64,000 nt of DNA, taken from positions 1 to 64,000 of the forward strand of contig NIVC01002637.1 in NCBI GenBank assembly GCA_002269645.1, given 5' to 3'. The notes beneath the pieces are model-generated. The model did no database searches. It was given only the letters and a program-made list of their open reading frames with translations, and was not told the DNA's origin. The translations under genes and the position numbers were made by a program. Positions within the stretch are counted from its first letter, which is position 1. The number at the start of each line of letters is the position of its first letter. Positions 49,696 through 59,864 of the stretch are shown here, piece by piece. Source of the stretch: Macrostomum lignano. Its lineage: Eukaryota.

Positions 49696-49839
49696 TAGGA
49701 CTGTCAATCAATATCTATACTCGAATGGGCGAATAACTTCCACTATGAAATACTCGTAAAAATCTGTAGGTTCCCGTATCGCATGATTCGCTTTGATCCA
49801 CAAATTATTCCGGCTAACAGATAGTGGGATACATCATTT

Positions 49840-50010
49840 GATTATCCCGTCGGGGATTATTTAAATATCCCATAATTATCCCATCGGGGATTGTTTAAAT
49901 ATCCCATGATTATCCCATCGGGGATTTTCTAACATCCCATGGTTATCCCATCGGGAATTGTTTAAATATCCCATGATTATTCCGTCGGGGATTGTTCAAA
50001 TATCCCATGA
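49840..50010. repeat. 36-bp tandem repeat with internal dyad symmetry (~5 copies)
   Basis: ATTATCCC(A/G)TCGGGGATTGTTTAAATATCCCATGAT units. Confidence 0.88.
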
Positions 50011-50964
50011 TGATCAAATCTATCAGGTGAGCCGAAAAAACCCCAAATTTATCTGATCGGGCATCGGTAAAGTCGAGTTTTCACCCCACAGTTCCGAAAT
50101 TATATACATGTACTTTTAGTTAAGCCTATTATACAGACAGTCCGCCAGGTAGACAGAACAACTGACATAATGTATATTGAGAAGGTCAGGCAACCTTGTT
50201 TCAATTCACCCCAATTTCGATTGCTATTCCGAGTCGAAACACATTTTACGTACTGCAAGTAGCCATTAATGGATATTCATATATTGTAGCCATGCATATT
50301 TTTTATGAGGTAGCTCGTATTGATTCAGCAAAGTGTTTTACCAACACAAACGGCCATTTAGAGGCAAATATTCACGCAGTTTAGCACTTTCTATTTTTGT
50401 AGCACTAGTTAATTTGCAGAAAGTTATCTGTATTAAACTACTTGTAGCAGTAATTAAGCGCGGCTAACTATTTGTTTATTATTTAATTCTCAACAACTGC
50501 GATAAATATATAGTGTAGCGGCGCCCTTGGAGTCTCTGATCAACGCCGTTAAAGCACGTGTATTAGGGACATTGTACCATAGATACCTAAGCTACACTTT
50601 TTGAATGAGGGTGGGGTGTGGCGGCGAATTCCCCACTTGAGGCCATAGACTATGTTTTCTATAAAGAAACTGTGGGCGGTTTGCGGGCGGTTAATAGAGT
50701 TTTGGCCATAGACAGCTATAGTTGCATCAACTGCTTTTCTCTGCCGCTCGTTAATGGGTCTGTGGCTATTAACAGACACAGGTATTCCCCCCACGCAGAA
50801 AGCCATGGTACAAGCCATATGTGCTACACAAGTATATCCAATCGAATTGCAAGCGTTGACCCCCCCCCCCCCGAAGAATTGTATACGTAATTATATGTAA
50901 TTATTTCCCCATTGGATATACTTTGTGACTGCCTCAGTGACACCTCAGATTCATGTTAACTGCC

Positions 50965-51095
50965 CATCACCGATGTGACCCATCCAAGACCGATGTGACC
51001 CACCCAAGACCGATGTGACCCACCCAAGACCGATGTGACCCACCCAAGACCGATGTGACCCATCCAAGACCGATGTGACCCACCCAAGACCAATG
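50965..51095. repeat. 20-bp minisatellite (~6 copies)
   Basis: GATGTGACCCA(C/T)CCAAGACC units. Confidence 0.9.
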
Positions 51096-51489
51096 TAGCC
51101 AGCTCATAAAAAAGAGAAAATAACCTTACGCTCGTACTTAACATTCCTCATTAAAGGAATTTTTTAACCGTTTCCACGGATAATTAAACGGCTGTGTGTC
51201 ATAAGACGCTTGGTATTATACTTAAGTAGCAGCAAGCGATGCGAAATCGCAAACAATTATTACACACCTCTTTCGAAGTTGAGCAGTTCAGTGTAACTAA
51301 GGAACTATTCCTTGCATTATCACAGTGGTGTTGCTCTGAAACCATAGATTTTCAATAAAATTGTTTCAAATTCCAAACTCTGTACAAGGATAACCAAAAT
51401 TTAACATAGTGAAAACGACAGAGGGTTGATAAAGTTATTGAACTTATTGTACCATTATACACAACAAACTTGTAGAGCCTGTCGGGTGT

Positions 51490-52135
51490 GCAGGGAGGGT
51501 GAGGCACTCTGCCAGAAGGACCTGGTGGGGAGGATGAGGCATCCTACAAAAGGACCTGAAGGGAGGATGAGGCACTCTGCCAGAAGGACCTGGAGGGAGG
51601 ATGAGGCATCCTACAAAAGGACCTGAAGGGAGGATGAGGCACTCTGCCAGAAGGACCTGGAGGGAGGATGAGGCATCCTACAAAAGGACCTGAAGGGAGG
51701 ATGAGGCACTCTGCCAGAAGGACCTGGAGGGAGGATGAGGCATCCTACCAGAAGGACCTGGAGGGAGGATGAGGCATCCTACCAGAAGGACCTGGAGGGA
51801 GGGTGAGGCATCCTACCAGAAGGACCTGGAGGGAGGGTGAGGCATCCTACCAGAAGGACCTGGAGGGAGGGTGAGGCATCCTACCAGAAGGACCTGGAGG
51901 GAGGGTGAGGCATCCTACCAGAAGGACCTGGAGGGAGGGTGAGGCATCCTACCAGAAGGACCTGGAGGGAGGGTGAGGCATCCTACCAGAAGGACCTGGA
52001 GGGAGGGTGAGGCATCCTACCAGAAGGACCTGGAGGGAGGGTGAGGCATCCTACCAGAAGGACCTGGAGGGAGGGTGAGGCATCCTACCAGAAGGACCTG
52101 GAGGGAGGGTGAGGCATCCTAGTTAAGGACCTGCA
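51490..52135. repeat. 34-bp G-rich minisatellite (~19 copies)
   Basis: GAAGGACCTGGAGGGAGGGTGAGGCATCCTACCA units. Confidence 0.95.
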
Positions 52136-52247
52136 AGCTACCCAGAGCACCAGCACAGCCAGCTCTCATCAATGAACCCATGGGCATGGAAGCCAATACT
52201 CTAGTAACAACTAAAACTACAGTCGCACGCAGCGCGCTAACCACCAG

Positions 52248-53445
52248 CTACACCAGGGTTCTGACGGCGCCTCTGCCGACGCTGCCAATAGCGCTGAATG
52301 ACTTCCGGACCTCGCCAGCTGGGTTGCCAAGGCGGTCGGGTCCGCCACCGAATCGCAGGAACAGCTGCATCCGAGGGCGCTGATGCTGCTGCTGCTGTCC
52401 ATCAGGCAAGGCTGCCGCGGCGACCTGCTGCTGACTCCGACGCCACAGAACATCCAGATCGGAGCCGCTGACTGCCACCAACTGGTGCGGCGACCGGCTG
52501 AGCCGGCGGCTGCCGCTGAGTTCGCCGCCGACAACAGTTGCCGATTCGGTGTGATGCCGGCGGCGCGGCTGCGGCTGCTGCTTTGGACCGGCGACTCTGA
52601 GGAGGGTTGGGCAGCGCGGAGAGGGACGCTAATGATTTTTGGGTCTCTCGAGAGAAGAGAAAGAGGAGGGGAGAGGAGAGGAGAGGAGAGGAGAGGAGAG
52701 GAGAGGAGAGGAGAGGAGAGGAGAGAAGAGGAGAGGAGAGGAGAGGAGAGAAGAGGAGAGGAGGGGAGAGAAGAAGAGAGGAGGGGAGAGGAGGAGGGGA
52801 GAGGAGAGAAGAGGAGAGGAGAAAAGAGGAGAGGAGAGGAGAGGAGAGGAGAGGAGAGGAGAGGAGAGGAGAGGAGAGGAGAGGAGAGGAGAGGAGAGGA
52901 GAGGAGAGGAGGGGAGAGAAGAGGAGAGGAGGGGAGAGGAGGAGGGGAGAGGAGAGAAGAGGAGAGGAGAAAAGAGGAGAGGAGAGGAGAGGAGAGGAGA
53001 GGAGAGGAGAGGAGAGAAGAGGAGAGGAGAGGGGAGGAGAGGAGAGAAGAGGAGAGGAGAGGAGAGGGCAGGAAAGGAGAGGAGAGGAGGAGAGGAGAGG
53101 AGATCTAACTAGTCAATCAATTCATGTCCGAGCATAACACCAACGATCGACTCCATAGCCGATTGAATGAGTTGAGGCATGACTCAAAACTCATGGAGCC
53201 GAAAATAAAAAAGAATGGGACAGTGGACAGACAGAATCCAGAGCATATCTTTACCTTACAGGTTGTTGTTGTTGCTGTTGTTTTTGCTGCTGCTGCTTCT
53301 GTTTTTGCTGTTGCTGCTGCTGTAGCAGTTGATGAGGCATCGGAGGCTGGCAGTGTCGATGCTGCATCGGCTGCTGCGGAGGCTTCAGGCAACTGTGACG
53401 GAGCGAACTCGACTGTAGAAATTGATCACTGCGCAGCTGCTGTCT

Positions 53446-53482
<37 letters not shown>

Positions 53483-54375
53483 TGCTGCTGCTGCTGCTGC
53501 AACTGTTTGCGACTCTCCGCCTCCCGCTGAGGCCGCGGTGGCTCGACAGTCGGAGGAGGTGCAGCCCCAACCGCCGTCTGCAGGGCCCGAATCTGGCCGG
53601 CCACGCGGCTGCAGGCCCGCAGCTGGCGGAGCAGGTCGGCGCCACTGGCGCTGAGCTCGCGCTGGAAGAAGCAGCGGAGGTCGGGTGAGCACTGCTCAAG
53701 TGGAGGGAAATGATACTTCGAACTCGTAGCCATTCTAGAGCCAATTAATTTGCACAAAATCCCATTAATCCTTGGATAGTTGGCTTGGTTCCGATTCCGG
53801 CGCTTCCTCTCTGCACTACTTGTAGTAATCGACCTTCAAATGTCTTTCTGAAATTACGGAAGCCAAATGTACATAAAATACGACCTTTGACGATATTGAC
53901 AGAAGTAAGACTTTAAAACTTTATTTACTGAGTGGCTTCTTTGCCCTTAAGCTTTTGTCTGTCTACATGTATTGGTTACTGCAACTTTCTCTGATGGAGA
54001 ATGCTTTTGGGAGCATATATGCCTTTTCTTTGGTCTGGAGCAAGCTACAACACAGAATGCCTACTTTTGCATTTTTACTGCGTTCTCTAAATAACTGCAG
54101 GACAGCATGTCCTAAAGGAATAAACTCTGAGAATTCCAATTTTAAAAAAACCCGGCAGCACGCACCTTCTGCTCCATCAGCCAGGCTAAATTAGCTTCAA
54201 TCCGAGCCAGTTGCTTCCTTCCAGCATCCCGCGTCATTGCCTCGTCAATGACAGGTCCCGAAGCCGCCGCCCGCTTCACCTCCAGCAGGCTGTCAATGCA
54301 GGTGTCAACGCAGCAGGACAGGCAGTCGTCCGGCTGCACCGATGGTGAAGCGGTTTCTTGTTCGACAGTCTCCAT
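52248..54375 (-). CDS. Unidentified multi-exon protein gene; probable exons ~54375-54166, ~53734-53255, 52596-52248
   Basis: GC-rich open frames METVEQ..LMEQK, MATSSKYHFPPL..poly-Q and ..EVRKSFSAIGSVGRGAVRTLV*. Phase-2 junction AG|GTAAAG to CCTCAG|A is consistent; the link between the first two exons is unresolved. Confidence 0.5.
52660..53102. repeat. (GGAGA)n polypurine microsatellite in intron
   Basis: About 440 nt of almost pure G/A on the plus strand. Confidence 0.96.
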
Positions 54376-55254
54376 GCTGCTACTGTATCTGTCTGTGTCT
54401 TAACTATAGGGAAACAGCGTATTTAGTAAGCAGAGCCACTTGCCCAGCCATTAATAATATCTGCAAGTGCGCAATTGCGGAAGTGAACGAGAGAGTAGGG
54501 CCGCAATTCCCCCCAATGGCCAGCGCAAACTGTAAAAGAAGCAATTAGCTGAGCTGAAGGCTGAGGCAAAACAGACACAAAGCTCCCGAAGCTTCTGTTG
54601 GCCTTTTTTGCCGCCTCCCCACCCCAAGCAGATATGAGATTCCATTGCATTGTGCAGCCAAATCCCTGGCCGGTAGAAGAGCGAAATGCTTCGCTTCTCT
54701 TCGGTGAGAAACGAGAGGAGAGAGGGAGATTAAAAGTGCGGATTAAAGTCCTTCAGCTGACGCAATTGCAGTTGACTGTAAATTCCGAGGCAGTCAAATG
54801 TACAGCCTTGACAATTAATTTAGCCTTGCTCAAGTGTACCTAGTGGCCGTTGCACTGCAGTTGATGAGAATACCGCGTGTAAGCAATCGAAATTTCAATG
54901 CTGTCTCATTCACTATTGTAGCTGCTCAATATGTACGTATACTGAGTCGAATGTCGCATTAAAATATAAGACAAGAGCATTTTGCACCGAGCGAACTGTC
55001 TGAAAATGTCTATCAAAGCTAAATATTGATTATATAGATAACTGATTCCCACTACCACACTACACTACTAGCTTGTTTACACTAATAGTTTACACACAGC
55101 CTATAGTGTAATAGCTTACGCTAATAGCTTACGTACACTAATCCTAATAGGGTTCGAATTTCGAGAGTGTAAATGTTGTTTTTATTAAAAGTTCTTCATG
55201 TAAAGAAGTCAGAAAAGAAGAAAACATAAAAGAATTTTCATGTCAAACATAAAA

Positions 55255-55735
55255 TTGCTGAGATGTCAAGGCTGACGGGGGAATTGCTGAGATGTCAAGG
55301 CTGACGGGGGGAATTGCTGAGATGTCAAGGCTGACGGGGGGAATTGCTGAGATGTCAAGGCTGACGGGGGGAATTGCTGAGATGTCAAGGCTGACGGGGG
55401 AATTGCTGAGATGTCAAGGCTGACGGGGGAATTGCTGAGATGTCAAGGCTGACGGGGGGAATTGCTGAGATGTCAAGGCTGACGGGGGGAATTGCTGAGA
55501 TGTCAAGGCTGACGGGGGAATTGCTGAGATGTCAAGGCTGACGGGGGGAATTGCTGAGATGTCAAGGCTGACGGGGGGAATTGCTGAGATGTCAAGGCTG
55601 ACGGGGGGGAATTGCTGAGATGTCAAGGCTGACGGGGGGGAATTGCTGAGATGTCAAGGCTGACGGGGGGGGAATTGCTGAGATGTCAAGACTGACGGGG
55701 GGGGGAATTGCTGAGATGTCAAGGCTTACGGGAGG
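55255..55735. repeat. ~30-bp minisatellite (~16 copies) with variable G-run
   Basis: GGGGG(G)AATTGCTGAGATGTCAAGGCTGACG units. Confidence 0.95.
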
Positions 55736-56712
55736 CGCTGTTTGCTTCGAGTAGTTAGTTTACACCAATCGCTTACACTAATAATCTCGCTCTCACAAAT
55801 GCATGATAAATAGACACATTTCATCATTCCCAGCCTTTGCCAATGGCACGTTCGCTCGTAGTCCTCTAATGAGAACGGGCAACCTGAATGCCTCAGTAGC
55901 TATGCAGTTAACACGAGTCCCACCCTTGCGTCACAGCCTCAGGCCACCCTAATTTGGTGTTGGGGCTTGTCGCGCGGTTAACAACCCATGGCACAGACGG
56001 GGTACATGATGTGTCTGTGCGTGCTGAGGGGTCAGCAAATCTGGGTCCCCACTCGAAGGCTCTTCAGGCTGGTGATCAAGGACAAATACGAGTATATTAT
56101 CCACTATACTAAAAATAAAAAATCTTCTTAAAGGAATACTTGCTTGTTTGCTGATAATTTGGCGAGAAAAAAGAAACTAGGAGAAATCTCGTGGAGATGT
56201 CTGCACTGTAAATAAAAAGTAGCCGAAAAAGTAGCCTGAAGGGTGCCGGTTGTAAGTAGCCGGATAGGTGCCGAAAGTGTCCAATTTTCGGCGCCTTTTT
56301 CAATATTAGGGTGCCGCAAGCGGCTAATTCTAGGCTTTAAAAAGTGCCGCATGCAGCCACTTTTAGGTTAAAAAAGTAACCGCTTGTGACACTTTTTTGT
56401 AGAAAAGGGCGCCGAAAATTAGACACTTTCGGCACCTATCCGACTAATTACAACCGGCACCCTTTAGGCCACTTTTTGATGATTAAAATATGGCCCTTCC
56501 AAGAACTTACTCCTTCAATATCCTGAGCGTTTCAACTAACCAGCTTTCTTTCGGTCATTTGATGTATGTAGTTGGTTAGTTAGTTAATAATAGTGAAAAA
56601 AAATCATTCAGTGGCAAATCTTGAGTGCATAATTTTTAAGGTTTGAAAAAAATAATGTAATTTTGAAGTTAAGCATATATTTAAAATTAGACACTGTTTT
56701 CAGCAAATTGGG

Positions 56713-57777
56713 TTAGCTAGTAGCATGAAAAATTGCACAGAGAGCATGTTTAGCACCTTAAAAGAGTCAAGCAATGAAAATAAGAAATAGTACTTTAATT
56801 TTAGTCAGTGAACAACAAGGTTTAGCTAGTAGCATGAAAAATTGCACAGAGAGCATGTTTAGCACCTTAAAAGAGTCAAGCAATGAAAATAAGAAATAGT
56901 ACTTTAATTTTAGTCAGTGAACAACAAGGCTTAGCTAGTAGCATGAAAAATTGCACAGAGAGCATGTTTAGCACCTTAAAAGAGTCAAGCAATGAAAATA
57001 AGAAATAGTACTTTAATTTTAGTCAGTGAACAACAAGGTTTAGCTAGTAGCATGAAAAATTGCACAGAGAGCATGTTTAGCACCTTAAAAGAGTCAAGCA
57101 ATGAAAATAAGAAATAGTACTTTAATTTTAGTCAGTGAACAACAAGGTTTAGCTAGTAGCATGAAAATTGCACAGAGAGCATGTTTAGCACCTTAAAAGA
57201 GTCAAGCAATGAAAATAAGAAATAGTACTTTAATTTTAGTCAGTGAACAACAAGGTTTAGCTAGTAGCATGAAAAATTGCACAGAGAGCATGTTTAGCAC
57301 CTTAAAAGAGTCAAGCAATGAAAATAAGAAATAGTACTTTAATTTTAGTCAGTGAACAACAAGGTTTAGCTAGTAGCATGAAAAATTGCACAGAGAGCAT
57401 GTTTAGCACCTTAAAAGAGTCAAGCAATGAAAATAAGAAATAGTACTTTAATTTTAGTCAGTGAACAACAAGGTTTAGCTAGTAGCATGAAAAATTGCAC
57501 AGAGAGCATGTTTAGCACCTTAAAAGAGTCAAGCAATGAAAATAAGAAATAGTACTTTAATTTTAGTCAGTGAACAACAAGGTTTAGCTAGTAGCATGAA
57601 AAATTGCACAGAGAGCATGTTTAGCACCTTAAAAGAGTCAAGCAATGAAAATAAGAAATAGTACTTTAATTTTAGTCAGTGAACAACAAGGTTTAGCTAG
57701 TAGCATGAAAAATTGCACAGAGAGCATGTTTAGCACCTTAAAAGAGTCAAGCAATGAAAATAAGAAATAGTACTTTT
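56713..57777. repeat. 109-bp tandem repeat (~10 near-identical copies) inside the transposon
   Basis: TTAGCTAGTAGCATG anchors spaced 109 nt apart (one 108). Confidence 0.96.
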
Positions 57778-57945
57778 GATTTTGATTGATAATCAGTTGC
57801 TTTCAGTCCTTGTCAGTCAAGAAATTATTTTTATAGTAGAATATGTATTTACCTAATGAATTTTTGCATACATTATTCTATGAAAGCAACCTGCTATCAA
57901 TCACATGATCAGTCACAGGTTCAAAAGTCCTTCATTCAGTCACCT

Positions 57946-59628
57946 TCACGGAAGAATTCGTGAAACATTTTTCACGGTGGCATTGCGGGTCCGCTTGGGG
58001 TTTCGAAGTCCCATGAAAATTTCAATTAGTTGAACTGCATTCTCAGTTTGGCAGTCATGCTTAAGATTTAGTGCCGGAAACACGAGTACATAAACTAAAA
58101 TTGCTTCCAGTGCGGTGTCAGTTTTCACCAGATGGCCAGGCACAGCAACACCAGTCCAACGAGCATCGAAGTTCTCAGCCTGAATGCTGACAAGGCGCTT
58201 AGCATTGAAGAAGCCATCCAAAGACACAACTTTTGCTTTGATTGACAGCAGCATTAGGCCTCTTTTGACATTTGTATCAGAGTCATCACTGGACTCAAGA
58301 TAGGGCCCGGCACGCTTGCACCTAGCAAACAAAGATGCACTGCGACCAAACCAAAGCAATAGAAATTTTAGGCGCTCAAATAAATATTCAACAGATGTGC
58401 TTGACTGTGGCAAGTAGTCACTGGACTTGGCAGAGGTGTACAACTCAATGACGCGGAGTGCCTCATCACACAAAAGTTGAGGATGGCCCAACAATGGGTA
58501 ACGTGACAGTTGCTGAGCAACTGTCATGTACTGAGCAGCTTGCACACGGTGTTGGAAAGTTGTCTTCATCAGCTCAGATGCCGTCCCAATAGGAACAGTT
58601 AACTCGCCATTTGTAATCATCTCCTGCATTGCTGATTCAGTTGCATCACCATCCAGAGTCCCTTCTGGCCCATGATCTTCTATCATTGATGCCAGATCAC
58701 TAGCTCGAACTTCGGACTCATCATCATCATTGTTGTCATCGTCCTTATCATTGTCACTACTTTCAGATTGGCCAGCAGAAGGCAAATTTTCTTCAGCAGA
58801 TTCAGGATCCAATTGAGGTGGCCGGCGGCGCTTAGATCCAGAGGCACAAGCCTCACCTTGTGATTCAGTGGCAGCAGCAGCATCAGAGCTTTTCCTCCCA
58901 AACTTTTCACGCATCTCCAAAATTTTTGGTGGCAGGTCAGAAGAATTGGTAAATGTGGTTTCACGCCAATTCCTGATGCGACGCCGAATTCCAATCCGCC
59001 AGAAGGTATGACCAAGTCCACCTTTGACAGGATTCCACCGTTCTGCATCAGCAAGATTAGGAAACTGTCCAACAATTGCACTTGAAAAGACTTTCATCTC
59101 TTTTGAGCTTAAGTGTGGTTTTGTTGCATTGATGTACTTTGTTGTGATGTCATTCATAATTGGCCTGAGCAGTGCATTCACAAAACCTTGATCATTCTTC
59201 AATACAGCAGCCTTCTCTTTTGTGTTTGCCTGGCTTATTTTCTGAACAAATGTCTCTGGATAGCTAGGCAGCTCATAAGTGGCAGGGACTTCTTGGACTT
59301 GAACCTGTGAACTACTGGAAGTGTTTTCCTTATCAGGTCCCATTTCCTTGGAAACTGTTGATGGCTCAGGCTCTACATTTGAGGCTTTAAAAAGGAAGAC
59401 CTGGCTGCTTGGATTATCGGCAGTGATTGCTTTCCAAGTGTCAGAATCTGCAATTTCGAAGCCATCCTCTGTGCAAACAAGTGGGCTTGGCACATTGCTG
59501 ATTCCTAGGGCTGTACATCCAGCAGTTACAAAATTGTCAAAGTCAGAATTTTGCAGGTTGATCAGAACTTTCTTCTCCTTTCCAACTGCAGAAATTTTGT
59601 ACAATGGCATGAATTCAGCTGCGGGCAT
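57946..59628 (-). CDS. EnSpm accessory ORF2 (560 aa) with N-terminal CIDE-N/ubiquitin-like domain
   Basis: Uninterrupted ORF inside the TIRs; LYKISAVGKEKKVLI..ALGISNVPSPLVCTEDGFEIADSDTW resembles the CIDE-N LVLEEDGTxVDSEDFF pattern; acidic linker. Confidence 0.8.
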   Translation of the reverse strand: MPAAEFMPLYKISAVGKEKKVLINLQNSDFDNFVTAGCTALGISNVPSPLVCTEDGFEIADSDTWKAITADNPSSQVFLFKASNVEPEPSTVSKEMGPDKENTSSSSQVQVQEVPATYELPSYPETFVQKISQANTKEKAAVLKNDQGFVNALLRPIMNDITTKYINATKPHLSSKEMKVFSSAIVGQFPNLADAERWNPVKGGLGHTFWRIGIRRRIRNWRETTFTNSSDLPPKILEMREKFGRKSSDAAAATESQGEACASGSKRRRPPQLDPESAEENLPSAGQSESSDNDKDDDNNDDDESEVRASDLASMIEDHGPEGTLDGDATESAMQEMITNGELTVPIGTASELMKTTFQHRVQAAQYMTVAQQLSRYPLLGHPQLLCDEALRVIELYTSAKSSDYLPQSSTSVEYLFERLKFLLLWFGRSASLFARCKRAGPYLESSDDSDTNVKRGLMLLSIKAKVVSLDGFFNAKRLVSIQAENFDARWTGVAVPGHLVKTDTALEAILVYVLVFPALNLKHDCQTENAVQLIEIFMGLRNPKRTRNATVKNVSRILP

Positions 59629-59864
59629 TAATAATAAAATTTTGAAGTGATTAATTTCAGAGTTCAGACATTACTTAGACATTGGACATTAAGTAGACAT
59701 TATATTGAAACAATAGTCTTAGGTCTTTCTTAGGAATTGTGGCCAGCAGTTTTTTAAGATTTTTCTTATAACAAATTCATAATCTTGCTATATATCAAAA
59801 CCATGATTCAATGCATATTCTTTTTCCACATTTAAAAACATAGTTTTAAGATTATGGACACTGA

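Noticed and set aside
52607-53137. ERRGE-repeat ORFs
   Set aside because: Translations of a (GGAGA)n intronic microsatellite.
54590-54626. WGGEAAKKANRS resembling the human PCM1 N terminus (WGAQQKKANRS)
   Set aside because: It lies 39 kb from the PCM1 exons with several same-strand genes in between, has no convincing donor and the surrounding frame looks non-coding. Treated as chance unless cDNA links it.
54862-54896. TGATGAG..CGAAA as a hammerhead ribozyme core
   Set aside because: The core lacks the CUGA C and stem II cannot pair beyond 2 bp.
56102-56110. CACTATAC as the CACTA terminus of the transposon
   Set aside because: It has no inverted partner at the other end; CACTG at 56204 pairs with 63190 and gives a TG TSD.
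600-57777. Regularly spaced repeats as CRISPR arrays
   Set aside because: All are head-to-tail tandem units without unique spacers; no cas genes; eukaryotic context.
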